Position numbers and translations under genes: made by a program. From NCBI GenBank assembly GCA_044230075.1, contig JBGARS010000009.1, positions 21,458 to 85,457 of the forward strand: 64,000 bases of DNA, in the 5' to 3' direction. Shown here piece after piece: positions 27,982-36,860 of the stretch (position 1 is the first letter of the stretch; each line of letters starts with the position of its first letter). The notes below the pieces were generated by a model, which made no database searches, was not told where the DNA came from, and saw only the letters and a program-made list of their open reading frames with translations. This DNA comes from Planctomycetota bacterium. GTDB taxonomy: Bacteria > Planctomycetota > UBA1135 > UBA2386.

Positions 27982-29169
27982 ATGATCGAATCCGACCGCG
28001 CCCGCTTCCGCACCGAGCTCGACGAGATCCGCAGCGCGGGTCTCTGGAAGGAGGAACGCGTGATCACGAGCCCGCAGGGCGCGCTGATCACCGTCAACGG
28101 CAAACAGGTCATCTGCCTGTGCGCCAACAACTACCTGGGCCTCGCCAACGATCCGGGCCTGCGTGCGGCGGCGAAGGCGGCGATCGACTCGCACGGGCTC
28201 GGCCTCGCCAGCGTGCGCTTCATCTGCGGCACGCAGGACGCGCACAAGACCCTCGAACGGAAGGTCTCGGCGTTCCTCGGCACGGAGGACACGATCCTCT
28301 ACTCGTCCTGCTTCGACGCCAACGGCGGCCTGTTCGAGACCCTGATGGGCGAAGCGGACGCGATCATCAGCGACAGCCTCAACCACGCGTCGATCATCGA
28401 CGGCATCCGGCTCAGCAAAGCGCAGCGCTTCCGCTATCAGAACGGCGACATGCAGGAGCTGGAACAGCACCTGCAGGCGGCGCAGGGTGCGCGCAGCCGC
28501 ATGATCGTGACCGACGGCGTGTTCTCGATGGACGGCTTCGTCGCCAAGCTGCCGGCCATCTGCGACCTCGCCGACAAGTACCAGGCGATGGTGATGGTCG
28601 ACGACAGCCACGCGACGGGCTTCTTCGGGCCGACGGGGCGCGGTACGCCCGAGTACCACGGCGTGCAGCACCGCATCGACGTGATGACGTCGACGCTCGG
28701 CAAGGCGCTCGGCGGCGCGGCCGGCGGCTTCACGACCGGCAAGCAGGAGGTCGTCGACCTGCTGCGCAACCGCAGCCGGCCATACCTGTTCTCGAACACG
28801 CTGGCACCGGCGATCGTCGGCGCCACGATCGCCTGCCTCGACAAGCTGTCGAGCACGACGGCCCTGCGCGACAAGCTGGCGCAGAACACCGCGTTCTTCC
28901 GCACGGCGATGACCAAGGCGGGCTTCCAGATCGCGCCCGGCGACCACCCGATCTGCCCGATCCTGCTCGGCGACGCCAAGCTGGCGGTCGAGATGGCGTC
29001 GCGCATGCTGCAGGAAGGTGTCTACGTGATCGGCTTCTGCTTCCCGGTGGTGCCCAAGGGCAAGGCGCGCATTCGCGTGCAGATCAGCGCCGCGCACGAG
29101 CCGGCGCAACTCGAACACGCCGTCGCGGCGTTCGGCAAGGTCGGCCGCGACCTCGGTGTGATCCGGTGA
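27982..29169 (+). CDS. kbl: Glycine C-acetyltransferase (2-amino-3-ketobutyrate CoA ligase)
   Basis: [59 protein letters not shown]. Confidence 0.96.
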   Translation: MIESDRARFRTELDEIRSAGLWKEERVITSPQGALITVNGKQVICLCANNYLGLANDPGLRAAAKAAIDSHGLGLASVRFICGTQDAHKTLERKVSAFLGTEDTILYSSCFDANGGLFETLMGEADAIISDSLNHASIIDGIRLSKAQRFRYQNGDMQELEQHLQAAQGARSRMIVTDGVFSMDGFVAKLPAICDLADKYQAMVMVDDSHATGFFGPTGRGTPEYHGVQHRIDVMTSTLGKALGGAAGGFTTGKQEVVDLLRNRSRPYLFSNTLAPAIVGATIACLDKLSSTTALRDKLAQNTAFFRTAMTKAGFQIAPGDHPICPILLGDAKLAVEMASRMLQEGVYVIGFCFPVVPKGKARIRVQISAAHEPAQLEHAVAAFGKVGRDLGVIR

Positions 29170-30068
29170 AGCTCGACCTCGACAAGCTGCGCCAGTCCGG
29201 CCGCATCTCCGCCACCGCCCTGGCGCACGGCCGCAAGATGATCGTGCCCGGCGCCAGGCTCGAAGACATCCAACGCGCGGTCGAGGCGAAGATCCGCGAA
29301 CTGGGCGGCGCGCCGGCGTTCCCCGCGCAGACCTCACGCAACCACATCGCCGCGCACTACTGCTCGCCGCCCAACGACGGCACCACGATCCAGCAAGGCG
29401 ACATCGTCAAGCTCGACTGCGGCACGCACGTCGACGGCTACGTGACCGACAACGCGACCACGGTCGACCTGCGCGACGGCGACGACTCGCTCTTGTGCAC
29501 CGCCAGCCGCATGGCGCTCGACAACGCGATCGCGGTGATGGGACCCGGCGTGTCGTTGACCGAGATCGGCCGCCAGGTCGAGACCACGATCCAGTCGCTG
29601 GGCTTCAAGCCGGTGCGCAACCTGTGCGGCCACGGCGTCGCGCGCTACACGATCCACTGCGCCCCGTCGGTGCCGAACTACGCCGACCCCAAGGCCGGCA
29701 AGCTGAAGCCGAACATGACGATCGCCTGCGAGCCGTTCGCCAGCGACGGCAAGGGCATGATCGACGTCGACGGCAAGGCCGAGGTGTTCATGCTGACGCG
29801 CGACGTGCGGCCGAAGGACAGCCTGTCCGGCGACCTGCAGCGGGCGATGGACCAGAGCGACGGCCTGCCGTTCGCGCGGCGCGATCTGCAACGCTGGCTC
29901 GGTACCGATGCCAAGGCCGAGGACGCGCTGAAGGTGCTGCTGAAGAAGGGGCTGGTCGAGGAGTATCCGCCCTTGTGCGAGAAGCCCGGCGTGCGCATCG
30001 CCCAGTTCGAGCACACGATCTTCATCCACGAAAGTGGCGCCGAGGTCGTGACCCGGCTGCCGGAGTAG
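29166..30068 (+). CDS. map: Methionine aminopeptidase, type II
   Basis: [39 protein letters not shown] insert..YPPLCE, QFEHT; GTGA overlap with the kbl stop. Confidence 0.88.
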   Translation: MKLDLDKLRQSGRISATALAHGRKMIVPGARLEDIQRAVEAKIRELGGAPAFPAQTSRNHIAAHYCSPPNDGTTIQQGDIVKLDCGTHVDGYVTDNATTVDLRDGDDSLLCTASRMALDNAIAVMGPGVSLTEIGRQVETTIQSLGFKPVRNLCGHGVARYTIHCAPSVPNYADPKAGKLKPNMTIACEPFASDGKGMIDVDGKAEVFMLTRDVRPKDSLSGDLQRAMDQSDGLPFARRDLQRWLGTDAKAEDALKVLLKKGLVEEYPPLCEKPGVRIAQFEHTIFIHESGAEVVTRLPE

Positions 30069-30081
30069 CCGCAGCTCCCGC

Positions 30082-31218
30082 ATGCGCATCGGCATCGACG
30101 CGCGCGAAGCGTTCCGGCCCGAGCCGCGCGGCATCGGCCTCTACGTACGCCACCTGATGCGTGAGTTCGCGGCGCTGGCGGCCGGCGACGAGTTCGTGCT
30201 CTACCACCAGCTGACGCTGCCGCCCGGCGCGATCACGATCCCGCCGAACATGCGCACGGTGCACACCGACCTGCCCGGCGGCCGGCTGCACAGCTGGGAA
30301 CGCGTGCAGATGCCGTGGCGGGTGCGGCGCGACGGGCTCGACGTCTACCACGGTACCTACAACACGCTGCCGCCGCGCGTGCCGCTGTGGCGCGGTCCGC
30401 CGATGGTCGTATCGCTGCACGACGTGATCGTGACCTGGTGGCCGGACGACCTCGACGATCCGTTCGTGCGCTACGCGCGCGCGGTGACGCCGCGCGTGGT
30501 GCGCGACGCGGCGGTGATCCTGACCGTCAGCGAGTGGAGCAAGCGCGACATCTGCGAACGCTTCGACTGCGATCCGGCGAAGGTGCGGCTGTCGCTGAAC
30601 GGCCTGCACCCCGAGGTGCTCGCCGGCGCGCCGCCCGGCGCCGGCGACGCCGCGCGCGCACGCTTCGCCGACGGGCGGCCCTACCTGTTCGCGATCGGCG
30701 CCGGGCTCGAGCGCAAGAACACCGGCCGGCTGCTCGATGCCTGGGGCCAGGTGCGGAGGCAGCGCCCCGACTGGCCCCACCTGCTGCTGGTGTCGGGTCT
30801 CGGCAAGGCCGTCGACCGCTGCCGGCAACGCGCTGCTGCGGCCGGTGCGCTCGAGCACGTGCGCTTCCTGCCGTACCTGAGCCAGCAGGACCTGATCGCG
30901 CTCTATGCCGGCGCTTCGCTGTCGGTGTATCCGAGCCTCGTCGAAGGCTGGGGCATCCCGGTGCTCGAGTCGCTGGCGCTCGGCACGCCGGTCGTCACCA
31001 GCAACAGCTCGGCGATGCCCGAGGCCGGCGGCGAGCACGCGCGCTACTTCGACCCGGAATCGACCGAGGCGATCGCCGCGGCCATCGTCGACGGCGTCGA
31101 GAACTACGTGCCGGCGTTCGCTTCGCTGCGCGCCGCGGCGGTGCAGCGCGCCCGCACGTTCACCTGGCGCCGCACCGCCGAAGGCGTGCTGCAGGCCTAT
31201 CGGGACGTCGTGAGCTGA
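30082..31218 (+). CDS. Glycosyltransferase family 4 (GT-B)
   Basis: MRIGIDAR..GIGLY, SLHDV, ERKN, PSLVEGWGIPVLESLALGTPV, FTWRRTA. Confidence 0.92.
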   Translation: MRIGIDAREAFRPEPRGIGLYVRHLMREFAALAAGDEFVLYHQLTLPPGAITIPPNMRTVHTDLPGGRLHSWERVQMPWRVRRDGLDVYHGTYNTLPPRVPLWRGPPMVVSLHDVIVTWWPDDLDDPFVRYARAVTPRVVRDAAVILTVSEWSKRDICERFDCDPAKVRLSLNGLHPEVLAGAPPGAGDAARARFADGRPYLFAIGAGLERKNTGRLLDAWGQVRRQRPDWPHLLLVSGLGKAVDRCRQRAAAAGALEHVRFLPYLSQQDLIALYAGASLSVYPSLVEGWGIPVLESLALGTPVVTSNSSAMPEAGGEHARYFDPESTEAIAAAIVDGVENYVPAFASLRAAAVQRARTFTWRRTAEGVLQAYRDVVS

Positions 31219-31308
31219 CGCAGGGCCCGGAACGGTCACGCGACGAAGCAGCTCTGCCGGTCGCAATCCGCACTCGAACGCACATGCCGGCTCCCTAGAA
31301 TCGCCCCG

Positions 31309-32988
31309 GTGCCACCTCCAGCAAACACCATGACCGCCGCGCCGGCCGCCCAGATGCGCAGTGCGCTCGCGACATGGCTGATCGCGTTGTCGGCACTGTG
31401 GCTCGTGCTGTGCGTGCTGCACGTCTGGATCGTCGACGACGCCTTCATCACGCTGCGTCAGGTGCAGCAACTGCTGCTGGGCAACGGCTTCGTCTGGAAC
31501 CAGGGGGAACGGGTGCAGGCCTACACGCATCCACTGTGGGCGCTGCTGATGATCCCTGCCTTCGCGCTGACCCACGAGGGTTTCTGGACCCTGTCCGCGC
31601 TCTCGCTGCTGGTGACCATCGCCGCCACGACCCTCGCGCTGCGCCTGCTCGGCCGCAGCGGCGAACCCTGGCGCATGGTGACCTTCCTGCTGTTGCTGTT
31701 GCCGTCGAAGGCCTTCTTCGACTTCACCTCGTCGGGCCTCGAGAACTGCCTGACGCACGGCCTGGTGGTCGCGACCTACGGCAGCCTCTGGGCGTGGCTC
31801 GACCGCGGCGACGCAACGCCGGCGGCACACCGCCGGGGCTTCCTGCTGCTGTGCTTGTTGGTGGCCGCCACCTACCTCAACCGCGCCGACACACTGTTGT
31901 TGGTCCTGCCAGCGCTGGTCGCGGCGGTTCTGCACTCGTGGCCGACGCTGGGTCGGCGCATGGTCGGCCCCGCGTGCCTCGGCTTCCTGCCGGTGGTCCT
32001 GTGGACCATCTGGAGCGTCTTCTACTACGGCAGCGTGGTCCCCAACACGGCAGTGGCGAAGATCACCGGCGCGCGCCTCACCGCTTTCGAATGCCTGCAA
32101 TCAGGCCTGCTCTACGCCCTCGACTCGCTGCAGCGGGATCCTTGCACCCTGATCCTCGCCGCCGTCGCCGTGCCGCTGTTGATCTCGCGGCGGCACGCCC
32201 CGGGCGTTGCCGCGGCCGTGGGCCTCTTGCTCTACGTGACCTACGTCACGGTGCTGGGCGCCGCCGGCACGCACATGAGCGGGCGGTTCTTCTCGCCGGT
32301 CGCATGCCTCGCGGCGTTCGCGTTGGCCCGGTCGCAAACGGGCGCCTCCGACAGCGGGTCCTTCCGCCTGCTCGTGGTCGTCGCGCTCGCGTGCTTCCTG
32401 GTGCCTTCGTCACCTGTGAAGGCGATGTGGCAGCCTGGCTCGTATCCGTTCGTGCTCAGCAGCTTCCACAAGACCATCGACACCCGCTCCTTCGTCACGG
32501 TCGAGGGCGCCAGCCTGTTGTCGTACGAGCGCGGCGTGCGGATGCCGAACCACGCCTGGTTCCGGGCCGGGCTCGCCTTCGCCACCAGCCCCGAACGGGT
32601 GCACGTCGGCGGACTTGGCGAGGCGGGCGGAACCGACGCGATCGGCTACTCCGCGTTCGCGGCCGGCCCGGACAAGTTCGTGATCGACCACATGGGCCTC
32701 ACCGACGCCCTGCTGGCGCAACTGCCGCTCGCGAAGGACGCCATATTCGAGCGACCGGGGCACGTGAAGCGCACCTTGCCCGCCGGGTATGTCGAGAGCT
32801 GCCAGCACGGCGACAACCGGATCGAGGATCCCGACCTGCACGCCTACTACGACCAACTGCGCCTCGTCATCAGCGGCCCGCTGTGGTCCTGGGAGCGCCT
32901 GAAGGCGATCGTGGCGCTCAACCGTGGTGCCTACGACGACCACCTTGCCCGCTACGCCGAACGCGCCGGCCTGCGCAGCGTGCGTTGA
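31309..32988 (+). CDS. AftB-like GT-C glycosyltransferase (paralog 2)
   Basis: DDAFITLR..NQGERVQAYTHPLW, FTSSGLE, NRAD, PNTAVAK, HMSGRFF, RPGHVKR; TAGAAT box 7 nt upstream. Confidence 0.75.
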   Translation: MPPPANTMTAAPAAQMRSALATWLIALSALWLVLCVLHVWIVDDAFITLRQVQQLLLGNGFVWNQGERVQAYTHPLWALLMIPAFALTHEGFWTLSALSLLVTIAATTLALRLLGRSGEPWRMVTFLLLLLPSKAFFDFTSSGLENCLTHGLVVATYGSLWAWLDRGDATPAAHRRGFLLLCLLVAATYLNRADTLLLVLPALVAAVLHSWPTLGRRMVGPACLGFLPVVLWTIWSVFYYGSVVPNTAVAKITGARLTAFECLQSGLLYALDSLQRDPCTLILAAVAVPLLISRRHAPGVAAAVGLLLYVTYVTVLGAAGTHMSGRFFSPVACLAAFALARSQTGASDSGSFRLLVVVALACFLVPSSPVKAMWQPGSYPFVLSSFHKTIDTRSFVTVEGASLLSYERGVRMPNHAWFRAGLAFATSPERVHVGGLGEAGGTDAIGYSAFAAGPDKFVIDHMGLTDALLAQLPLAKDAIFERPGHVKRTLPAGYVESCQHGDNRIEDPDLHAYYDQLRLVISGPLWSWERLKAIVALNRGAYDDHLARYAERAGLRSVR

Positions 32989-33015
32989 CCACGCTGGCCT
33001 CCCCCGCACCCGGCC

Positions 33016-34962
33016 GTGAGCGACCCTGAACCCTTCACCGTGCGCGCCGCCATCTGGCGCTGGCTGGCCTGCGGCCTTTGGCTGCTGCTGGTCGCGGCGA
33101 TCGCGCGCATGGCGTGGCTGTGCGACGACGCGTTCATCACCTTCCGTTGCGTCGAGAACCTGGTGCACGGCCAGGGGCCGGTCTGGAACGTCGACGAACG
33201 CGTGCAGGCCTATACGCACCCGCTGTGGTTCCTGCTGCTGTCGCTGCTGCGCTTCCTCACCGGTGAATGCGCGACGACGACGATGCTGCTCAGCATCACG
33301 ATCGCCAGCGCGGCCGCGGCATGGCTGGTCCGCGGCGCTGGGACGGCGGGCACGGCGGCGGTGCTGCTGGTCGTGCTGCTCGGCTCGCGTGCGTGGCTCG
33401 ACTACGCGACCTCGGGGCTGGAGACGCCGCTAGTGGCTCTGCTGCTGGCCGCGCTGTGGGCGGCGACGACGACCGCGGAGCCGCCGACCCGGCTCCGCCG
33501 CACCGCCGTCCTGACGGGACTGCTCGCGCTGACCCGCATCGACCTGCTGGTGCTGTGCGCGCCGCTGCTGCTCGCGGCCGCGCGCGGCCAACCGTGGCGC
33601 CGCAGCGCCACCACCGTGCTGCTCGGCTTGGCGCCGTTCTTCGCCTGGCTCGTGTTCGCGACCGTCTACTACGGCTCGCCGTTCCCGGTCACGGCCAGCG
33701 CGAAGGCGTTCCACCACGGCGTGCCGGCCGGCGAACTGATGCGCTGCGGCCTGCACTACTTCGTGCGCTGCGCCGAGCACGATCCGCTGACCGTGCTCAC
33801 GATCGCCGCGGCGACGGTGCTGGGCCTGTGCCGCCGCGGCCTGCGCGCGCCGAGCCTCGCGCTGCTCGCCTACAACGCCTACGTGGTGAAGGTCGGCGGC
33901 GACTACATGTTCGGCCGGTTCCTGCTGCCGTCGTTCGTCGTCGCCGTGGCGATGCTCGGCCGCCTGCTCGCCGGCGCGCCGCGGTTCGCCGCGCCGCTGG
34001 TGATCGTCGCGGCGCTCGCAGCGACGTTCGTGCCCGGTGTGCCCGACGTGCTGCAACCGCTGCCGACCGCGCCGCCGTCCCGCAACATCCCGGCGGACGG
34101 CCTCGTGTCGGAGCGCGACTACTACTTCCTCGAACACGGCCTGTTCTCGCCCATGCGAGCCCACTATGCGCCGGGTTTCGTGACCGACACGCTGCGCAGC
34201 CAGGGCTACCAGGGGCACGCGATCGCGGTCGCCGGCGCGGTCGGCGTGCAGGGCTTCCTCGGTGGCGATGCGGTGCACATCGTCGATCCGTGGCTGCTGG
34301 ATCCGTCGCTGATGCGCCTGCCGATCGCGGATCCAGAAGTCTGGCGCATCGGCCACTACTACCGCAGCATCCCCGAGGGCTACCTCGAGACGCTCGCCAC
34401 CGGCGAGAACCGCATGCGCGATCCCGGCTTCGCGCGGTTCCACGCGGCGATGTGGACGGTGCGCACGGCGCCCGTCTGGTCGGCACCGCGCTGGCAGGCG
34501 CTGTGGCAGCTGTGGCGCGGCGGGTTCGATCGCGACCTCGCCGCGTTCGTCGCCGGCGACTACCGGCACCCGCCGCGCATCGAGGTGCCGATCGCGCAGT
34601 TGTCGGCACCGTTGCCAGCGCCCGCGACCTCGCAGCTGCCGGCACCGTTCTGGTGGGATGTGCACACGACGATCTGCGTGCGCAACGGCGGCATCGGCGT
34701 CACGTTGCCGGCGCCCTCCACCGCCCACGCCGTCGTGCTGCACGCTTCGCACGGCGAGGAGTACACGGTGCACTTCCGCCGCGACGGCCAGACCACCGGC
34801 AGCGCCAGCGTGAAGACGCCGCAGGTGCCGCCCGACTGCCTGTTCCCCTACCGCGTCGAAGTGCCGGCCGGCGCGGTGCCGTTCGACTCGCTGTGGATCG
34901 ACATCCCGATCACGCCGCGCCCCTTCGCCGCCGCGATCGCGCGCATCGAGTTGCTGCCATGA
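33016..34962 (+). CDS. AftB-like GT-C glycosyltransferase (paralog 3)
   Basis: DDAFITFR..VDERVQAYTHPLW, YATSGLE, TRID, GGDYMFGRF, WRIGHY. Confidence 0.75.
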   Translation: MSDPEPFTVRAAIWRWLACGLWLLLVAAIARMAWLCDDAFITFRCVENLVHGQGPVWNVDERVQAYTHPLWFLLLSLLRFLTGECATTTMLLSITIASAAAAWLVRGAGTAGTAAVLLVVLLGSRAWLDYATSGLETPLVALLLAALWAATTTAEPPTRLRRTAVLTGLLALTRIDLLVLCAPLLLAAARGQPWRRSATTVLLGLAPFFAWLVFATVYYGSPFPVTASAKAFHHGVPAGELMRCGLHYFVRCAEHDPLTVLTIAAATVLGLCRRGLRAPSLALLAYNAYVVKVGGDYMFGRFLLPSFVVAVAMLGRLLAGAPRFAAPLVIVAALAATFVPGVPDVLQPLPTAPPSRNIPADGLVSERDYYFLEHGLFSPMRAHYAPGFVTDTLRSQGYQGHAIAVAGAVGVQGFLGGDAVHIVDPWLLDPSLMRLPIADPEVWRIGHYYRSIPEGYLETLATGENRMRDPGFARFHAAMWTVRTAPVWSAPRWQALWQLWRGGFDRDLAAFVAGDYRHPPRIEVPIAQLSAPLPAPATSQLPAPFWWDVHTTICVRNGGIGVTLPAPSTAHAVVLHASHGEEYTVHFRRDGQTTGSASVKTPQVPPDCLFPYRVEVPAGAVPFDSLWIDIPITPRPFAAAIARIELLP

Positions 34963-36860
34963 CCTTCGCCTGGCGCACGATCGCGACCGTGCTGTTCGTC
35001 ACGCTGGTGGCGGCGATCGTGCGGCTGGCGTGGCTCGGCGACGACGCGTTCATCACCTTCCGCAGCGTCGAGAACCTGGTGCACGGCTACGGCCCGGTGT
35101 GGAACGTCGACGAGCGCGTGCAGACCTACACGCACCCGCTGTGGTTCTGGCTGCTGTGCGGGCTGCGCGCGCTGACCGGCGAATGCGAACTGTCGGCACA
35201 GGTGTTCGGCATCGTGCTGTCGACCGCGACCGCCGCACTGCTGGTCGTCTGGTGCCGCCGCGCATCGACGGCTGCCGTCGTGCTCTGCCTGCTGCTCGGC
35301 TCGCGCGCCTGGACCAGCTACGCGACCTCGGGCCTCGAGACCTCGTTGACCTGCCTGCTGGTCACGCTGCTGTTCTTCGCCTGGCGCAGCGAACAGCCGG
35401 CGCAGAGGCTTCGGCGCGTGGCCCTGGTGGTCGGACTGCTCGCGACGACGCGGTTCGATCTGGCCCTGCTGGGGCTGCCGCCGCTGGTGTTGTGCCTGCG
35501 CGGCGTGCCCTGGCGCCGGGCCATGGGGACCGTGCTGCTCGGGCTGTCGCCGGTGCTGCTGTGGACTGCATTCGCGCTGGCCTACTACGGCTCGCCGTTC
35601 CCGATCACAGCCTACGCGAAGGCGTTCTGCCACGGCGTGCCGGCCCCGGACCTCGTGCTGCAGGGACTGCGCTACCTGTGGCGCAACGCGATCGACGATC
35701 CGGTCACCGTCGCCGTGATCGCGGCCGGCATCGGCGGTGGCCTGTGCCGCGGACCGCACCGCGGCTTCGCGCTCGGCGCGCTGCTCTACACCGCCTACGT
35801 CGTCAAGGTCGGCGGCGACTACATGCTCGGCCGCTTCCTGCTGCCGGTGTTCTCGGTCGGCATCGTGCTGGTGGCCGCGGCGCTGGCCGAACGCGGTGCC
35901 AGGACCAGGCGGATCGTGATGGCGTTCGCCATCGGCCTGTCGTTCGTGCCGGGCGTGCCGGAGGCAGCAACGCCGCTGCGCACCGGCAACCCGAGCTACC
36001 GACCGGGCGCCGATGGCATCGTCGACGAGCAGATCCAGGGCCACTGGGACCACGGTCTGCTGAGCCGCGGTGCCGAACGGGCCGCACCCGGCTACATCGG
36101 CGCGGCGCTGCAGGCGAACGGCATCACGCGGCGCGTCTACACGCTCGGCGGCTGGATCGGCTGGCTCGGCTACACGTCGGGACCGCAGGTGCACGTGATC
36201 GATCCGTGGCTCACGGATCCACTGCTGATGCGCCTGCCGGTCGCGGATCCGCAGCGCTGGCGCGTCGGCCACTTCCTGCGCCGGATCCCGGCCGGCTACC
36301 TCGAGAGCCTCGCCAGCGGCGAGAATCGCATCCCGCACGCGGGGCTGGCGCGCTGCTACGACGCGGTGCGCTCCATCACACGCGACCCGGTCTGGTCGGG
36401 GCCACGCTGGCACCACCTGCTCGCGCTGTGGACCGGGCGCCTCGACGCGGGCCTCGCCGACTACGTCGCCACGCAGTACCGCACGCCGCCGCGCGACGAA
36501 CTGCCGCTGGCGGCGATCGCGGCGCCGCTGGCGCCGGGCAGCTTCTGGTTCGACGTGCCCGCCGGGCGCACGGCGGCTGCCAGTGGCCTCACGGTGCGCC
36601 TCGACGCCGTGCGCACGGCTGCGGCGGTCGTGCTGCACGTCAGCGGCGAGACGAAGTTCCGGCTGCGCTTCCTGCGCGACGGCGCCGTTGTCGGCGACCT
36701 CACGCAGCCGTCGCCGGTGGTGCCGCCGGACCTGCTGGCACCGCTGCGGTTCGAAGTGCCCGCAGCCGTCGGCCCGTTCGACACGCTGTGCATCGATGCC
36801 GACGTCGACCTGTGGCATCCCGCCGCTGCGTTCGTTGGCCGCGTCGAGATCGTCGACTAG
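34959..36860 (+). CDS. AftB-like GT-C glycosyltransferase (paralog 4)
   Basis: MTFAWR start ATGA-coupled; DDAFITFR..ERVQTYTHPLW, YATSGLE, GGDYMLGRF, WRVGHF. Confidence 0.75.
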   Translation: MTFAWRTIATVLFVTLVAAIVRLAWLGDDAFITFRSVENLVHGYGPVWNVDERVQTYTHPLWFWLLCGLRALTGECELSAQVFGIVLSTATAALLVVWCRRASTAAVVLCLLLGSRAWTSYATSGLETSLTCLLVTLLFFAWRSEQPAQRLRRVALVVGLLATTRFDLALLGLPPLVLCLRGVPWRRAMGTVLLGLSPVLLWTAFALAYYGSPFPITAYAKAFCHGVPAPDLVLQGLRYLWRNAIDDPVTVAVIAAGIGGGLCRGPHRGFALGALLYTAYVVKVGGDYMLGRFLLPVFSVGIVLVAAALAERGARTRRIVMAFAIGLSFVPGVPEAATPLRTGNPSYRPGADGIVDEQIQGHWDHGLLSRGAERAAPGYIGAALQANGITRRVYTLGGWIGWLGYTSGPQVHVIDPWLTDPLLMRLPVADPQRWRVGHFLRRIPAGYLESLASGENRIPHAGLARCYDAVRSITRDPVWSGPRWHHLLALWTGRLDAGLADYVATQYRTPPRDELPLAAIAAPLAPGSFWFDVPAGRTAAASGLTVRLDAVRTAAAVVLHVSGETKFRLRFLRDGAVVGDLTQPSPVVPPDLLAPLRFEVPAAVGPFDTLCIDADVDLWHPAAAFVGRVEIVD

